DNA from: a virus
Taxonomy: Duplodnaviria; Caudoviricetes
IMG/VR virus record: IMGVR_UViG_3300021255_000123
Coordinates: 21,435 to 85,434 of that record
Direction: 5' to 3' (one strand)
Length of the DNA stretch: 64,000 nt
This document shows, one piece after another, positions 34,001-43,792 of the stretch (positions are counted from its first letter, which is position 1; each line of letters starts with the position of its first letter). Both the position numbers and the translations under genes were made by a program. Under the pieces are notes generated by a model, which saw nothing but the letters and a program-made list of their open reading frames with translations, was not told the DNA's origin and ran no database searches.

Positions 34001-36603
34001 TTGAAGCCGGGGTGGAATTACAGGTCCAGATGCGTGACGATTTCAAGAAACAGATGGAGCAAATGTTCTCTGATTACGAGCTTACCGTTACGCTTCAAGG
34101 AATGGATATTTCTGCTCAGGCTGCAAAAGACTGGCTGAATGTAGATTTTACCTCTCTTGGCGATATGCAAGCTGCTATGTCTGCTTTTGCTGATAAGCAG
34201 ATTGCTAAGGGCACTTGGGACCAAGATGATATAGAGGCATACTTGCAGTGGTCAAAGAAGGTTGAAAATCAAATATATAAAGAGCGTAGAGACAAGGCGA
34301 AAGAGTATTCCAAGTATCTTGAAAAAGAGTTGAGTGAACGAGCAAAACTCGAAATGGAATATACAAAGAAAGTTGTTGAGGTTAGAAGTAGTAGGGCTTT
34401 CACAGAGGACCAGCAGACGGCTATCCTTACCAACATGAAGCAGGAGTATGAAAATGCTCTGCGTGACTTGTCTTGGAAATCGTTTAAGGAAAGTGACTTC
34501 TATGAGGAAATGATGGACGACCTGACGTCCATCCCGGCAGAGTATTCTCAAATCATGCTTGATAAGTTGAACGAGATACTTGCTCACCCGGAAGACCTTT
34601 CGCCCCGTGCCTTAAAAGAGGCTATCAATGCCAGACAAAAGGTTATGGAGGCTCGTCGTCAGATGGACCCCATGTCAGCCATGAGAGACAATCGTGCAGG
34701 TTTTCGTAACTTTTATCAGAATGAAGAAAATCGACAAGAGTTTGGTATCAATGCAAAAACTTGGAAAGAGGCCGAAAAAGAGATTGATGGTTTAATTGTT
34801 AAGAAGACAAGAGAGCTTGCTCAACTGGAAGAAGAAATCACCATATATGACAAGCTGATTGGCGAGATAACCACCTACAATAACAAAAAGCGGGCCGCAG
34901 AGCAGTCAATGATTGGCCTTGGTGGTACAATCGAAGATTATGATGTTGCTGGTTTACAGGAAGAAATTGACAATATCCAGCTTGTACTTGACCCATTAGA
35001 GAAAGAGCAGGACCGATATGAGACTCTGCGCGATTTGAAGCAGCAAGGCGCAGAAATTGACGAGCAGGAGTATAAGAATTTGCTTGAAAGCCTCGCTGTC
35101 AGACAGCAAAAAATAGCACAGCTGAGTAGTGAAATAGCATTATATCAGTTGGCAAAACAGGCGAGAATCGAATACGACCAAGCCGAGCAGGGACTATCCT
35201 CTCAGGGTCGAACCCTTATTCAAGGTGGAGAAGTAACTGTAGGCCAAACTACCGGTGTGACAGCTCAAAATATTGGCTCTAACAGACAAGCCGCCGTAAC
35301 AAAGAAGGATACGACCAAAGGGGCGTTACAAAAGATGAAAGATGCCAAGAAAATGTCTAAAGAATGGGCTATGGCTTGGCATGAATTTAATGCTCAGTTA
35401 GGTAGCACAATAAAGAGTGTCGCTAGTATGGGTTCCGCGTTCATGGACACATACGAAGCCCTCGGAGGCGAGACCAATGCACTTACGGAGGGCTGGAAGG
35501 AGTTTGGCTCCACTATGGTCGATGTGATTGTTCAGGCCCTCGAAATGATACCCACCCTCGTTACAGGGTTTACGGCAACTGGTGAGGCCATCAATTCCGC
35601 CATGGGCATCATCGGACTTATTGCAAAGGCCATTCAGCTTGTCTTGACTGCGATTACCGCAATATCCAAACTTCACGATGCCGGATATGAGAAGGAAATT
35701 GAGAATCAACAGAAGAAGATTGACGAACTAAAATCCGCATACGAGCGTCTGGAGAAGGCTATTGAGAAGACTTGGACCACGATGTCCTATATCGACACCT
35801 ACAATCAGCAGGTAGAGAATATCAAGCAGCAGATAGAGGCTCTGGAGGCCCAGCGTAACGCCGAAAACTCCAAAAAGAACACTGATGAGGACAAAATCCG
35901 CGAGTATGGCGACTCCATCCAAGAGGCATACGACGAACTGGAGGAACTGGAGCAGAAGCGTATCGAGGTGTTTGGTGGTCTCGGTGAGGTCAACTACCGT
36001 AGTGCTGCCGAGGAATTTGTATCTGCATGGAAGGATGCCTTCCTTGAAACCGGCGACGGTCTGGAGGCATTGCAGGAACATTTTGACGAGTTCTTGCAGG
36101 AGTGGTTTGTGAAACAGGCCACGATGCGTATTGCCGGAGCCATGCTGGAGCGTACCTTCCGCATGATTGACGAATCGGTCAACGAGAGTAGTGAGGGCGG
36201 TGTAGCTGTTACCATGGCAGAACTACAAGCTATCCGGGATGAGTTTGCAACTCAGGCTCCGCTTATCTCCGAGGCTTTGGAGGAGTTGGCCGGAATGTGG
36301 GACCTTGGTAACGGAGAAGGCTCTCTCAGCGGCCTTGCAGCCGGCATACAGGGCATGACCGAGGAACAGGCAAATATCCTCGAAGCGTACTGGAACAGTG
36401 TCAGGATGTACACGGCAAACATTGATGGAAATGTCGAGCGTATTGCCAATATTCTTGGCGCCGGCGGCTCCGCAACCAATCCTCAGTTGCAGCAGTTACA
36501 GATAATAGCGCAGCACACCGAGGCCATCCACAATCTGCTTGACAATGTTACAAGGAGTGGCCATCCGCAGGGAGGTCTTGGTATAAAGGTGTTTAACAAC
36601 TAA
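31042..36603 (+). CDS. Tape measure protein
   Basis: 1853 aa, helical; tape-measure N-terminal motif RGEFEKTEVALRNIIG...SPFTARQL...KQLAAY. Confidence 0.92.
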   Translation: MADNVSDGIKNLDKWIKSADQSLSTMMQRYERFQRAASTGDATKMQQAWNSLQTGANTTAAKLRTLEKEIKNLKAQTKDPASLQRLDKLFRQLNSASGAWASVLASVNRGQQTTQVFAERLARAFEKGQKALAAFNTEQTRGASASSRLNRGLADLLQGLTAYFGFRQIGGFLRNVVQIRGEFEKTEVALRNIIGNQEKANLIWEKTMNLAVNSPFTARQLTSYVKQLAAYRIENDKIFDTTKRLADVSAGLGVDMQRLILAYGQVKAANYLRASEIRQFTEAGVNILGELADYLSITRGEMISTAQVMEMVQKRMVKFEDVEAIFKRMTDEGGTFYHMQQELSNTVQGQINKIKDTWQQAMNELGKSDQGLIRGITNMVLSIVRNWRTWVTAIESSVIAIIAFKATNVVRALTSTAYAANAATKSTLRLANAFKSLGKGLKANWVALAIAAVAAAATELFMATKRMKDFNDEIDEQSITLYDAQQKMYEYQNTVERNNGILKDAKSKEEDIKNAREENLKVLSALRKEYPELVEGIEQQANGEVILTQRIEAHNESLREQIRLNEQLKQKSITDDPFETDTRQYFEKLDEWRKKIQISQQQLKLKLLRGEINKDENPIVERLLGINTDDILNAVNEYNQIVGEVQAVIVGKTTELNKAYREALNEAQKNLSNPDSAKKVQELQNRLMNLRHFAIESSNLGAVAGLPLIDTDVQETREFKKESDAIVKELIGSFELGVRALDNEQKLIQETYNGNFAEYLKANGSRLREMVETNTVDVNETIRTFLEKNGQALTDENKKVWNDILNEYIFGADKARRIMEITFQMMSEKDPFVRNMLSRQMQEIKDEYYDFFASYTSPTKGDGLEDKNKTYKSIDSLISLLKTMNSEYGKLSKSAYGFAKSQETVMEVFKESFKDIMKATKGGGFALDKAFTMVDWNKLDITSKGGVAAALQQVYDYLDGHKMWGQFGKNAEEVRKKFEKEMASWKVEAGVELQVQMRDDFKKQMEQMFSDYELTVTLQGMDISAQAAKDWLNVDFTSLGDMQAAMSAFADKQIAKGTWDQDDIEAYLQWSKKVENQIYKERRDKAKEYSKYLEKELSERAKLEMEYTKKVVEVRSSRAFTEDQQTAILTNMKQEYENALRDLSWKSFKESDFYEEMMDDLTSIPAEYSQIMLDKLNEILAHPEDLSPRALKEAINARQKVMEARRQMDPMSAMRDNRAGFRNFYQNEENRQEFGINAKTWKEAEKEIDGLIVKKTRELAQLEEEITIYDKLIGEITTYNNKKRAAEQSMIGLGGTIEDYDVAGLQEEIDNIQLVLDPLEKEQDRYETLRDLKQQGAEIDEQEYKNLLESLAVRQQKIAQLSSEIALYQLAKQARIEYDQAEQGLSSQGRTLIQGGEVTVGQTTGVTAQNIGSNRQAAVTKKDTTKGALQKMKDAKKMSKEWAMAWHEFNAQLGSTIKSVASMGSAFMDTYEALGGETNALTEGWKEFGSTMVDVIVQALEMIPTLVTGFTATGEAINSAMGIIGLIAKAIQLVLTAITAISKLHDAGYEKEIENQQKKIDELKSAYERLEKAIEKTWTTMSYIDTYNQQVENIKQQIEALEAQRNAENSKKNTDEDKIREYGDSIQEAYDELEELEQKRIEVFGGLGEVNYRSAAEEFVSAWKDAFLETGDGLEALQEHFDEFLQEWFVKQATMRIAGAMLERTFRMIDESVNESSEGGVAVTMAELQAIRDEFATQAPLISEALEELAGMWDLGNGEGSLSGLAAGIQGMTEEQANILEAYWNSVRMYTANIDGNVERIANILGAGGSATNPQLQQLQIIAQHTEAIHNLLDNVTRSGHPQGGLGIKVFNN

Positions 36604-36614
36604 AACTCAATACA

Positions 36615-37049
36615 ATGGAAATCAAAGTTATCCGTAAGTACAAGAAAGAAACTTACACGATTGGCGAAATGCTTGTGAATGGTGAGCATTTCTGCGAGAC
36701 CTGCGAAGACCGCGACCGTGGTTTGCGTTCCGACATGACCCTCTCGCAAATCAAGAAAATCAAAGTGTATGCACAGACAGCCATCCCCTATGGCACTTAC
36801 AAGGTGTCAGTGTACTTCTGGCCCAAGCACCGTAAAAACTTTCCGCTTCTGCATGATGTTCCCGGATTCACCGGAATCCTCATCCATGGTGGTGCCAATG
36901 CAGGTCACTCTGCCGGCTGCATACTTATCGGAGAAAACAAGATTAAAGGCGGTCTTGTCAACTGCGAAAAGTACGTTCGGAAGCTCACTACGATGTGCGA
37001 CGAAGCCATCAAACGTGGTGATGTAGTGAAGATTACGGTTTGCGACTAA
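36615..37049 (+). CDS. DUF5675 family protein, candidate endolysin (L,D-transpeptidase-like)
   Basis: TIG.....FC.T.ED...TAIP.G.Y...VPGF.GILIH.G...S.GCIL.G. Confidence 0.8.
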   Translation: MEIKVIRKYKKETYTIGEMLVNGEHFCETCEDRDRGLRSDMTLSQIKKIKVYAQTAIPYGTYKVSVYFWPKHRKNFPLLHDVPGFTGILIHGGANAGHSAGCILIGENKIKGGLVNCEKYVRKLTTMCDEAIKRGDVVKITVCD

Positions 37050-37067
37050 CAGAGGTTGAAATATTAT

Positions 37068-37099
37068 TTTTGCAGAACCGAGAAAAAGTTGTATTTTTG
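37068..37099 (+). promoter_or_regulatory. Internal promoter before the lysis and tail-tip genes
   Basis: TTTG near 37068 and TATTTTTG at 37092-37099. Confidence 0.65.
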
Positions 37100-37141
37100 C
37101 AGCGAAATAGGTTCAACTAACACTTAAAATAAACAAACGCA

Positions 37142-37594
37142 ATGTGGTGGCAAACAATCATTATCGACGTCCTTTCAGTGACATCAATCCTTAGCATTAT
37201 TGCTATGATTCGGTTCTGGAAACAGAACAAGGAACTCAAAGAAAACGAGGTCAAAGTATCGAACGCAAACGCACAGACAGAGCAAATCAATCTTGGTGAT
37301 TTGTTCATGCAGAAGTCCGCAGAAATGTTCCAAAAAATGCAAGACTTACAGGAAGAAACACTGAAAGCTGCGCAGAAAAACGGAACTGATAATGAGGACA
37401 TTATAAAACGTGTCGATGCAATAGCGGCAGAGCAGAAAAAGTTAGCCGAGGAACAAGTCAGAATGGCTAAAGTACAAGATAATATCTTGCAGGAACAAAA
37501 GAGACAGGCCGATGAGCAAAGCCATCTTGTTAAGTTTGCTAATGGCGAGTACCAAGACTTCCTCGTCAGAAACGGTTTCAAAAAGGAAGGATAG
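37142..37594 (+). CDS. Holin-like membrane protein (one N-terminal TM plus coiled coil)
   Basis: Hydrophobic N-terminus; located in the lysis cassette. Confidence 0.55.
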   Translation: MWWQTIIIDVLSVTSILSIIAMIRFWKQNKELKENEVKVSNANAQTEQINLGDLFMQKSAEMFQKMQDLQEETLKAAQKNGTDNEDIIKRVDAIAAEQKKLAEEQVRMAKVQDNILQEQKRQADEQSHLVKFANGEYQDFLVRNGFKKEG

Positions 37595-37595
37595 T

Positions 37596-38120
37596 ATGCG
37601 AAACGGTTTTCTTTCATGTCATAATAGTTTTTTATTGGTTAGCGGTTTGAGAAAAGCCGTACTGGTGGCAGCATTGATTTGTCTGGCCATCAGTACGGTC
37701 TCTTGCCGTTCTGTCAAGGAGGTCCAGATTGTGACTGACACTTTGGCAGTCCATGACACGACCAATGTCTTCATCCATGACACTACGAAGATTAAGGAGG
37801 TCCGCTATGACAGCATTGACCGCCTTGTCGAGAAGACCGTGTATGTCGATACCAATGGCGTTGTGCATGAGAATGAGGTCGAGAAGCTCACCCACTACAT
37901 TTATATGCAGGATGAGCAGTACAAGGTGATGGAGTCCTACTACAAGAGTAAGGTCTCTGAACTGGAGAAAAAGCTCGAAGAGAAGGCGAAAGTGGAGTAT
38001 GTGGAGAAGGAACTTAACTGGTTCCAGAAGACGATGATTGGCCTTGGATGGTGTTTCATTGCTGCGATTATAATTACAGGTATATGCCTGTACTTCAAGT
38101 TGAAAAGAAAGGTAACATAA
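37596..38120 (+). CDS. Spanin-like lipoprotein with a C-terminal TM (unimolecular spanin candidate)
   Basis: Lipobox-like TVSC, coiled coil, C-terminal hydrophobic helix with basic tail; start uncertain. Confidence 0.6.
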   Translation: MRNGFLSCHNSFLLVSGLRKAVLVAALICLAISTVSCRSVKEVQIVTDTLAVHDTTNVFIHDTTKIKEVRYDSIDRLVEKTVYVDTNGVVHENEVEKLTHYIYMQDEQYKVMESYYKSKVSELEKKLEEKAKVEYVEKELNWFQKTMIGLGWCFIAAIIITGICLYFKLKRKVT

Positions 38121-38121
38121 T

Positions 38122-41100
38122 ATGAAGGAGAGGTTTTTAACCGTATTGGTTCCTATTAAAGACAGCGACGCAACGACAGTAACTACCCTTCCTGCCGTCA
38201 GTCCGGACAACATCAACGTGATATACAAGCACGAGGGTGTTTATAAGCGTGTGTGGCTGAATCCTGCCACAAACCAGTACGAGTACCATGAGGTTGTGGA
38301 CCGCGAGTTCCCCTATCTTGGAAAACCTCTCGAAATCTTTGACTTTACCTATGACGCTACCCGCATGGGGCCTGCGCCTACCATAACCGCTCAGGGTGTC
38401 ATGTGGTTCGCCGACAAGGATGCCGACGGAAATGACGTCACTCTCGAATCCCTGTGGCAACAGGAATGCCATGTGAGCTTCAATGGCGAGAACTTTTACC
38501 TGAAACAGATTCCTACGTCGAGCAAATCTAATGAGGATGCCCGATACAAATACGACATCGATTTTGTGTCCGAGAGGGCCGTTTTGGAGCGCGTATATCT
38601 GTACGACGTTGTGCAGCCGTTCGTTTCCTCGAAGCCTATCTCAGAGAGCGCACAATTCAGCTTCTACGGCGACATCACCGAGCTTGCGAAGCGCATCAAT
38701 GCCAGCTTGCTGAGAAGCGGTCTGGCGACGATTGCTTTGAGGTCCGGCGTCACTCCGGGGAGCTACCTGACATACGAGGAGTTTAACTCCGTGGGTCTTG
38801 GAACCTATACCGGCACGAAAGATACATCCGACCCGTATCCTATCGTTCCCGGCGAAATGCAGACTTATATCCACTATCCTCATGCCAACATCTATGAGCA
38901 TTTTGGTGGTAACTACACACTCTATCTGCTCAATCGGGTGTATCTTGTAGACAACCCTGTATCCTATCACGTTGGTCCTTCCGATAGCGGTTACGATGTT
39001 ATTACCGACGGCGACCCGCGTCTGTCTGGCTATAAGTGCCTCATCGGTAAGGATAAGAAGGGCGTTATGACCACTTCCGAGGAGAAACTCATTACCTTCG
39101 AGAATAACACCATCCACGAGGCCCTGCAACAGTTCCATGATACATTTGAGCTGCAATACTACATCTATCGCGATACCGACTCCAATGGCGACTTTACTGG
39201 TGATACCATCATTATGGTAGCCGACTGCCAACACGACTTTGCCGATTGGGATGCCACAGCCGCTTCCGGAGAAGGTGATTACACCCGCGACAGCGATGGT
39301 ATTCCTACTACCACGCATCCTTTCGACTACGGTGTTGAAGACGCCCTATTGTCGAAAGAAAAGACCAATACTACCGATAAGATTATTACCCGTATAACGG
39401 GTGTCGGTAGTGAAGAGAATATACCTTGGTATTACCCCAATCCAAACGCTGACGGATGGATAAGACCTCTCTATAAGACAAACGGGGAAGAACAGCCTGT
39501 AACTATCAATTATCCTACATCAGAAGGAACTTCTGTTGCAGAGTCCGTTAGGTATGAGAAATTCTTAAAAAACAGAATTGGTGACGTATTCCAGTTTGGT
39601 AAAAAGATATGCTCTGTAAACAAGAAAGCAAGTCTTGTCAGTAAATTCTCTACATACACATCTTATGTGGATGAGACATCGGCAAGACTGTGTTACGATT
39701 TTACTTTGTCGTATGATGCGAGAGTGAAGTCTGATGGTTTTTCGTTAAATGACCTATCGGAATCATCAATAACATACTATCTATTTAAAGGCACAACGAA
39801 TGTTACTGCATCCGGAAACGCATTCTTAATAAACGGAGGTAGCGGGACTTTGACGGCAGGAGATTACCACCTAATTATAAACATAACATTCTCTGGTACA
39901 GGCCCAACACCTGTAACATCTGTTACAAAATACTATTATCCTGCAAAAAATAGAATCTGCGGATGGATAGATACTTTTGGCTTTGGAAACCTTAATGGAG
40001 CATTGGCTATGGGTTTGGGTCTACTTGCTATAGCTACCGTTATATCTGATTTATGTACTGGAGGTTTTGCATGTCATTTGCCAAGCTTCTTCTCTACTAA
40101 TCCAAACTTGACTTGGAACAACAGTCCCGATGGTTCAAAGATGGGTTGGTATGATGGAAACAGGCGAATAGCTATCAGCGAAATGGAATTTTGTGAGGCC
40201 AACTCGGAAACCTACGCATTTATGGGCGGTAGCGGCGCAAAGACTCTCGGTGTGGATGATGTATACAAGGTAACTTGCGACAATGATACTTGGGTATCTT
40301 CTTATAACCTACAGCTTAAAGGAGTTCAATGGGACGACTGGTACGACATCTATTGTTTGTACATGGATTGGGTGAATGGTATGAGGGATTCAAGACGCTC
40401 GGCTACATCCGTTGAGGAAGTTGATGTCAGTGTTGATTCTTTTGTCAACAATAATGTTGTATTCGGTCTCACTGGATATTTGGCTGATGGTTGGTATAAG
40501 AATAATAAAAAATATGCTCTCGCAGACTTTGGTATTACGAACGAATCAACACTCAATCAAACCGCAGACGTGTTTGATACTATTGAGTTTCAGCGTATCA
40601 AATACGTTACACCACAACCAAGACTGATGCCGGAAGTGTATATAAAAACCGATGGCGAAAGACGCTTCTATAATGCTCACAACTATTATGTTAATGGTGA
40701 CCTTCTTAATGGCACAGCCGACCCAATGATAGGTGAAGTCCAAACTGGAACAAAGGTCAGGAATCCCTTGTATAAGGAGAAAGGAACGGATGCAGACAAC
40801 AAGCATTATCAGTTTGAGAATGAATACGTGCAGATAATGCCGCATGAGCATATTGAGGAGTTCGATGATGTAAAACCGACTATCAAAGGGCAGCAAAGTT
40901 ACATCCGTACTTACCCAACAGAAGATGATTTTTATGTAGACCCAACAACTTTCTATATAAAGTCGAATGGGCAATATACACAATGTACTTCATCAACAAC
41001 TTATAGTGACACAACAGCATACTATCGTCTTGTTCGTATAGATATTGTTGAAGAGTTCGCTTTTGACGAACTTGATAACAACGAAATCTGGGAGAGCAAC

Positions 41101-43023
41101 GAAGATGGCAATACAAGTGGTGAGTATAAACATCCGTATTTCTTTGCCAAACTTCGTCCAATGGGGTTCAATATCTTCGACCTCGCATTGCAGGATGAAA
41201 TGATACTCTCGATGACTACTGGCCATTGTGGAGCCTGTAACTTTAAGATTGCTGTCGATGAGAATACAAAGAAGAATCCTGTTCAGATTTGGGAGTATGA
41301 TGTGTATGGAGGTTCCACTTATGAGACCAAGGGTGTCAAGCTATATTCTGCCGGCGAATTGCGCAGGGTCATTATTAGCAGAGGTCTTCATTACGATACC
41401 GATGGAACTTCCGATGGTTATATACTTGTCGATTTTAATCCGAATGCACTGACTACCGGGTTCCTAGTTGATAGAGAAAGTACAGGGAGCGCAAGAAGTA
41501 GACGTTTTGAAAGAACAACATATACCGCAGAAGAGGTTACTAATGGCCGTGTTGGTTCTTTGAAGCTTTCTCCAAAGAAGGCTTTTGAGGGCGATGTTAT
41601 GACGAGCGGTAAGTTTATTGATAGCCAGCAAGACACTTCGGAAGGATTTGTGTGGATTGCTCTCTACAAAGATACAGAGACCTATGGTGCCCTTATGCCG
41701 TCCGCACAGCCGGATTATGGCGACGACAACTATAGCCACTATATTGACCCCAAGGGACACATCTATACAGACAGAAAAACTGGTTTGACTGAGGTGTTGG
41801 AGGACGATGAGGCTGATAAATTTGTTTTGACAAATATCAGGCTCCCTCAGGCATATCTCCGTAGAGCCGAACGCGACCTGTCTCGTAGGATTATAGCCTA
41901 CATGTACGACAATAATTATCAGAAGTTTAACTTCTCGATAAAGTTTAGCCGCATCTATCTTGCTGAGAATGATACCATCGAGGGTAACTTGAATGAAAAT
42001 TCCGTGTTGTATGTAACGTTTAACAATAAGATTTACAGGCAGTACGCTAAACACTACACTTATAGAATGGTGCATGATGCAGCTTTACCTGAGATTAGTG
42101 TGGAAATGAACGAGGAACTTTCTGTTTCTCGCACATCCATTGAGCAACAGGCTGCTCTACAAGCGCAAGCCACGTCGAATAACAATAGGCGTTGGCGCAG
42201 AGAGTTGAATGAGGAGATAGCCGGAGTCAGAAGAATAACTATTGGACGTGGTGAGGATGTCGTTATTAGCGGAAATATCTTTAGCAGAGATAGCCGTACA
42301 TCCATAAGAGATTTGGCTAAAGAACGCGAGATAGATGTTGGCGACCTAAATTTGAGACATTTCTCCATGGATGACTTTACGCTGTTTAACGGAACAGACC
42401 TTCGTATTGGAGAGAAGGTGTATCTGCCAACATCGTTCAAGCGCGGTGGCCGTATTATCAAGAGAAGATGGGATGCCACATCTGGAACATTTGTCGAGGA
42501 CAATAACGAGACATTTGCACCAGCATTTATTGATAAATCTGCTACTCTCAGGAAGTTGGTTGATTATGGATATGTGGCCGTTAGTGGGGCGTCTGCTCCC
42601 ACATTTGCAGCCAACACTTACTACAAACTGGAGAATGGTGTCTATACACTCCTTACAGAGGAGCCTTCCGACTGGTCAACCGCATGGACTAGCTATTACA
42701 AGGAAGCCACTCGCGAACAAATGAAAATTGACGAGTTTGTCAATACTGTCAATACGTTCAATACAGGTATACGCAACAATATGCTGCAGGTACAGCAGAC
42801 AGTAGAAAGTAGGCTTGTTCCTTACGCAAATGGAGTTACACACGATACTAGTCATGGCTTATGTAAACCTGCTTATTATTATGAGGTTTCCGGACGTGAC
42901 TATGTTGAGCAATTCTGGCTTGATTCTTACGGATTCCCGCAGTTAGCTGGAAGCACAGAAGGCACCTGTACAACTTCCGAGGGTCTAAGTGTTCAGGGGT
43001 GGACCAACTTCAATATAGGTTAA
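38122..43023 (+). CDS. Large tail tip/hub protein
   Basis: 1633 aa; IITRITGVGSEENIP motif typical of phage tail Tal/hub proteins; AT-rich central insert. Confidence 0.75.
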   Translation: MKERFLTVLVPIKDSDATTVTTLPAVSPDNINVIYKHEGVYKRVWLNPATNQYEYHEVVDREFPYLGKPLEIFDFTYDATRMGPAPTITAQGVMWFADKDADGNDVTLESLWQQECHVSFNGENFYLKQIPTSSKSNEDARYKYDIDFVSERAVLERVYLYDVVQPFVSSKPISESAQFSFYGDITELAKRINASLLRSGLATIALRSGVTPGSYLTYEEFNSVGLGTYTGTKDTSDPYPIVPGEMQTYIHYPHANIYEHFGGNYTLYLLNRVYLVDNPVSYHVGPSDSGYDVITDGDPRLSGYKCLIGKDKKGVMTTSEEKLITFENNTIHEALQQFHDTFELQYYIYRDTDSNGDFTGDTIIMVADCQHDFADWDATAASGEGDYTRDSDGIPTTTHPFDYGVEDALLSKEKTNTTDKIITRITGVGSEENIPWYYPNPNADGWIRPLYKTNGEEQPVTINYPTSEGTSVAESVRYEKFLKNRIGDVFQFGKKICSVNKKASLVSKFSTYTSYVDETSARLCYDFTLSYDARVKSDGFSLNDLSESSITYYLFKGTTNVTASGNAFLINGGSGTLTAGDYHLIINITFSGTGPTPVTSVTKYYYPAKNRICGWIDTFGFGNLNGALAMGLGLLAIATVISDLCTGGFACHLPSFFSTNPNLTWNNSPDGSKMGWYDGNRRIAISEMEFCEANSETYAFMGGSGAKTLGVDDVYKVTCDNDTWVSSYNLQLKGVQWDDWYDIYCLYMDWVNGMRDSRRSATSVEEVDVSVDSFVNNNVVFGLTGYLADGWYKNNKKYALADFGITNESTLNQTADVFDTIEFQRIKYVTPQPRLMPEVYIKTDGERRFYNAHNYYVNGDLLNGTADPMIGEVQTGTKVRNPLYKEKGTDADNKHYQFENEYVQIMPHEHIEEFDDVKPTIKGQQSYIRTYPTEDDFYVDPTTFYIKSNGQYTQCTSSTTYSDTTAYYRLVRIDIVEEFAFDELDNNEIWESNEDGNTSGEYKHPYFFAKLRPMGFNIFDLALQDEMILSMTTGHCGACNFKIAVDENTKKNPVQIWEYDVYGGSTYETKGVKLYSAGELRRVIISRGLHYDTDGTSDGYILVDFNPNALTTGFLVDRESTGSARSRRFERTTYTAEEVTNGRVGSLKLSPKKAFEGDVMTSGKFIDSQQDTSEGFVWIALYKDTETYGALMPSAQPDYGDDNYSHYIDPKGHIYTDRKTGLTEVLEDDEADKFVLTNIRLPQAYLRRAERDLSRRIIAYMYDNNYQKFNFSIKFSRIYLAENDTIEGNLNENSVLYVTFNNKIYRQYAKHYTYRMVHDAALPEISVEMNEELSVSRTSIEQQAALQAQATSNNNRRWRRELNEEIAGVRRITIGRGEDVVISGNIFSRDSRTSIRDLAKEREIDVGDLNLRHFSMDDFTLFNGTDLRIGEKVYLPTSFKRGGRIIKRRWDATSGTFVEDNNETFAPAFIDKSATLRKLVDYGYVAVSGASAPTFAANTYYKLENGVYTLLTEEPSDWSTAWTSYYKEATREQMKIDEFVNTVNTFNTGIRNNMLQVQQTVESRLVPYANGVTHDTSHGLCKPAYYYEVSGRDYVEQFWLDSYGFPQLAGSTEGTCTTSEGLSVQGWTNFNIG

Positions 43024-43043
43024 AACATTAAATACCATAAGAT

Positions 43044-43388
43044 ATGGCAACATTGAGACAATTCAAAAAGGGTGAGACAATCAACATCACGGTCGCTCCG
43101 GAATCCGGGGTAACTATGACGTCACCTGTCCTGTATGTTTATCCGGACAATCTTGATTTGCAGTCAGAACCCACCAGTAGCCCAAAGATTCAGAAAATAA
43201 CGAACCCCACCACGAGCGGTAGTAGTTATGTTTTCACAATCCTGCCTTCCGTAACAGGTGGTGCGAATATGCCGGCTGGTGATTACACAATTGAATTGAA
43301 GTACGGAAGCTCGAATGACATTTCCATTGTCAGCCAAAACCACGCATTTACTCTCGTTGAGAGCGGTTATAACACCTACGGCTCGTAA
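43044..43388 (+). CDS. Small beta-sandwich tail or baseplate protein (BppU-N-like)
   Basis: FK.GETI...T....AGDYTIELKY pattern. Confidence 0.5.
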   Translation: MATLRQFKKGETINITVAPESGVTMTSPVLYVYPDNLDLQSEPTSSPKIQKITNPTTSGSSYVFTILPSVTGGANMPAGDYTIELKYGSSNDISIVSQNHAFTLVESGYNTYGS

Positions 43389-43390
43389 TT

Positions 43391-43765
43391 ATGGATATAA
43401 CGATTGAAACTTCTAACAATGTTCAGATAGGTCTGTCTCAGGACAACCCTGCTATCTCCGTCAAAAAGCCGGGGCAGATAGGGTTTGACGTATCCAAGAA
43501 GGAGGTCAATCTTTCGCCAAAGAAGAGTCATGGTCCGGCTTTTGAGTTCGTACAAAAGGTTGTGGCCGGTGCCAATGTTGTGCGTTGCACTTTGGAGCAG
43601 TTTCAAGCCCTTCCTTCACTCGATGGAAAAACTTGGTATGCTGTAACCACGACACAAGACGAACTGCGTTACCTCTACCTTGGTGCTACACTGATTGCAC
43701 AGGCAAGTCAGGACGAGGGGACATGGGGATTTGCATACACATTCCCAATGATATTCGGACGATAA
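43391..43765 (+). CDS. Minor tail protein with a T..QF.AL...D..T.Y motif
   Basis: CTLEQFQALPSLDGKTWYAV resembles upper tail-fibre repeats. Confidence 0.55.
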   Translation: MDITIETSNNVQIGLSQDNPAISVKKPGQIGFDVSKKEVNLSPKKSHGPAFEFVQKVVAGANVVRCTLEQFQALPSLDGKTWYAVTTTQDELRYLYLGATLIAQASQDEGTWGFAYTFPMIFGR

Positions 43766-43792
43766 CATATTTATTAACAAAACCCTATCAGT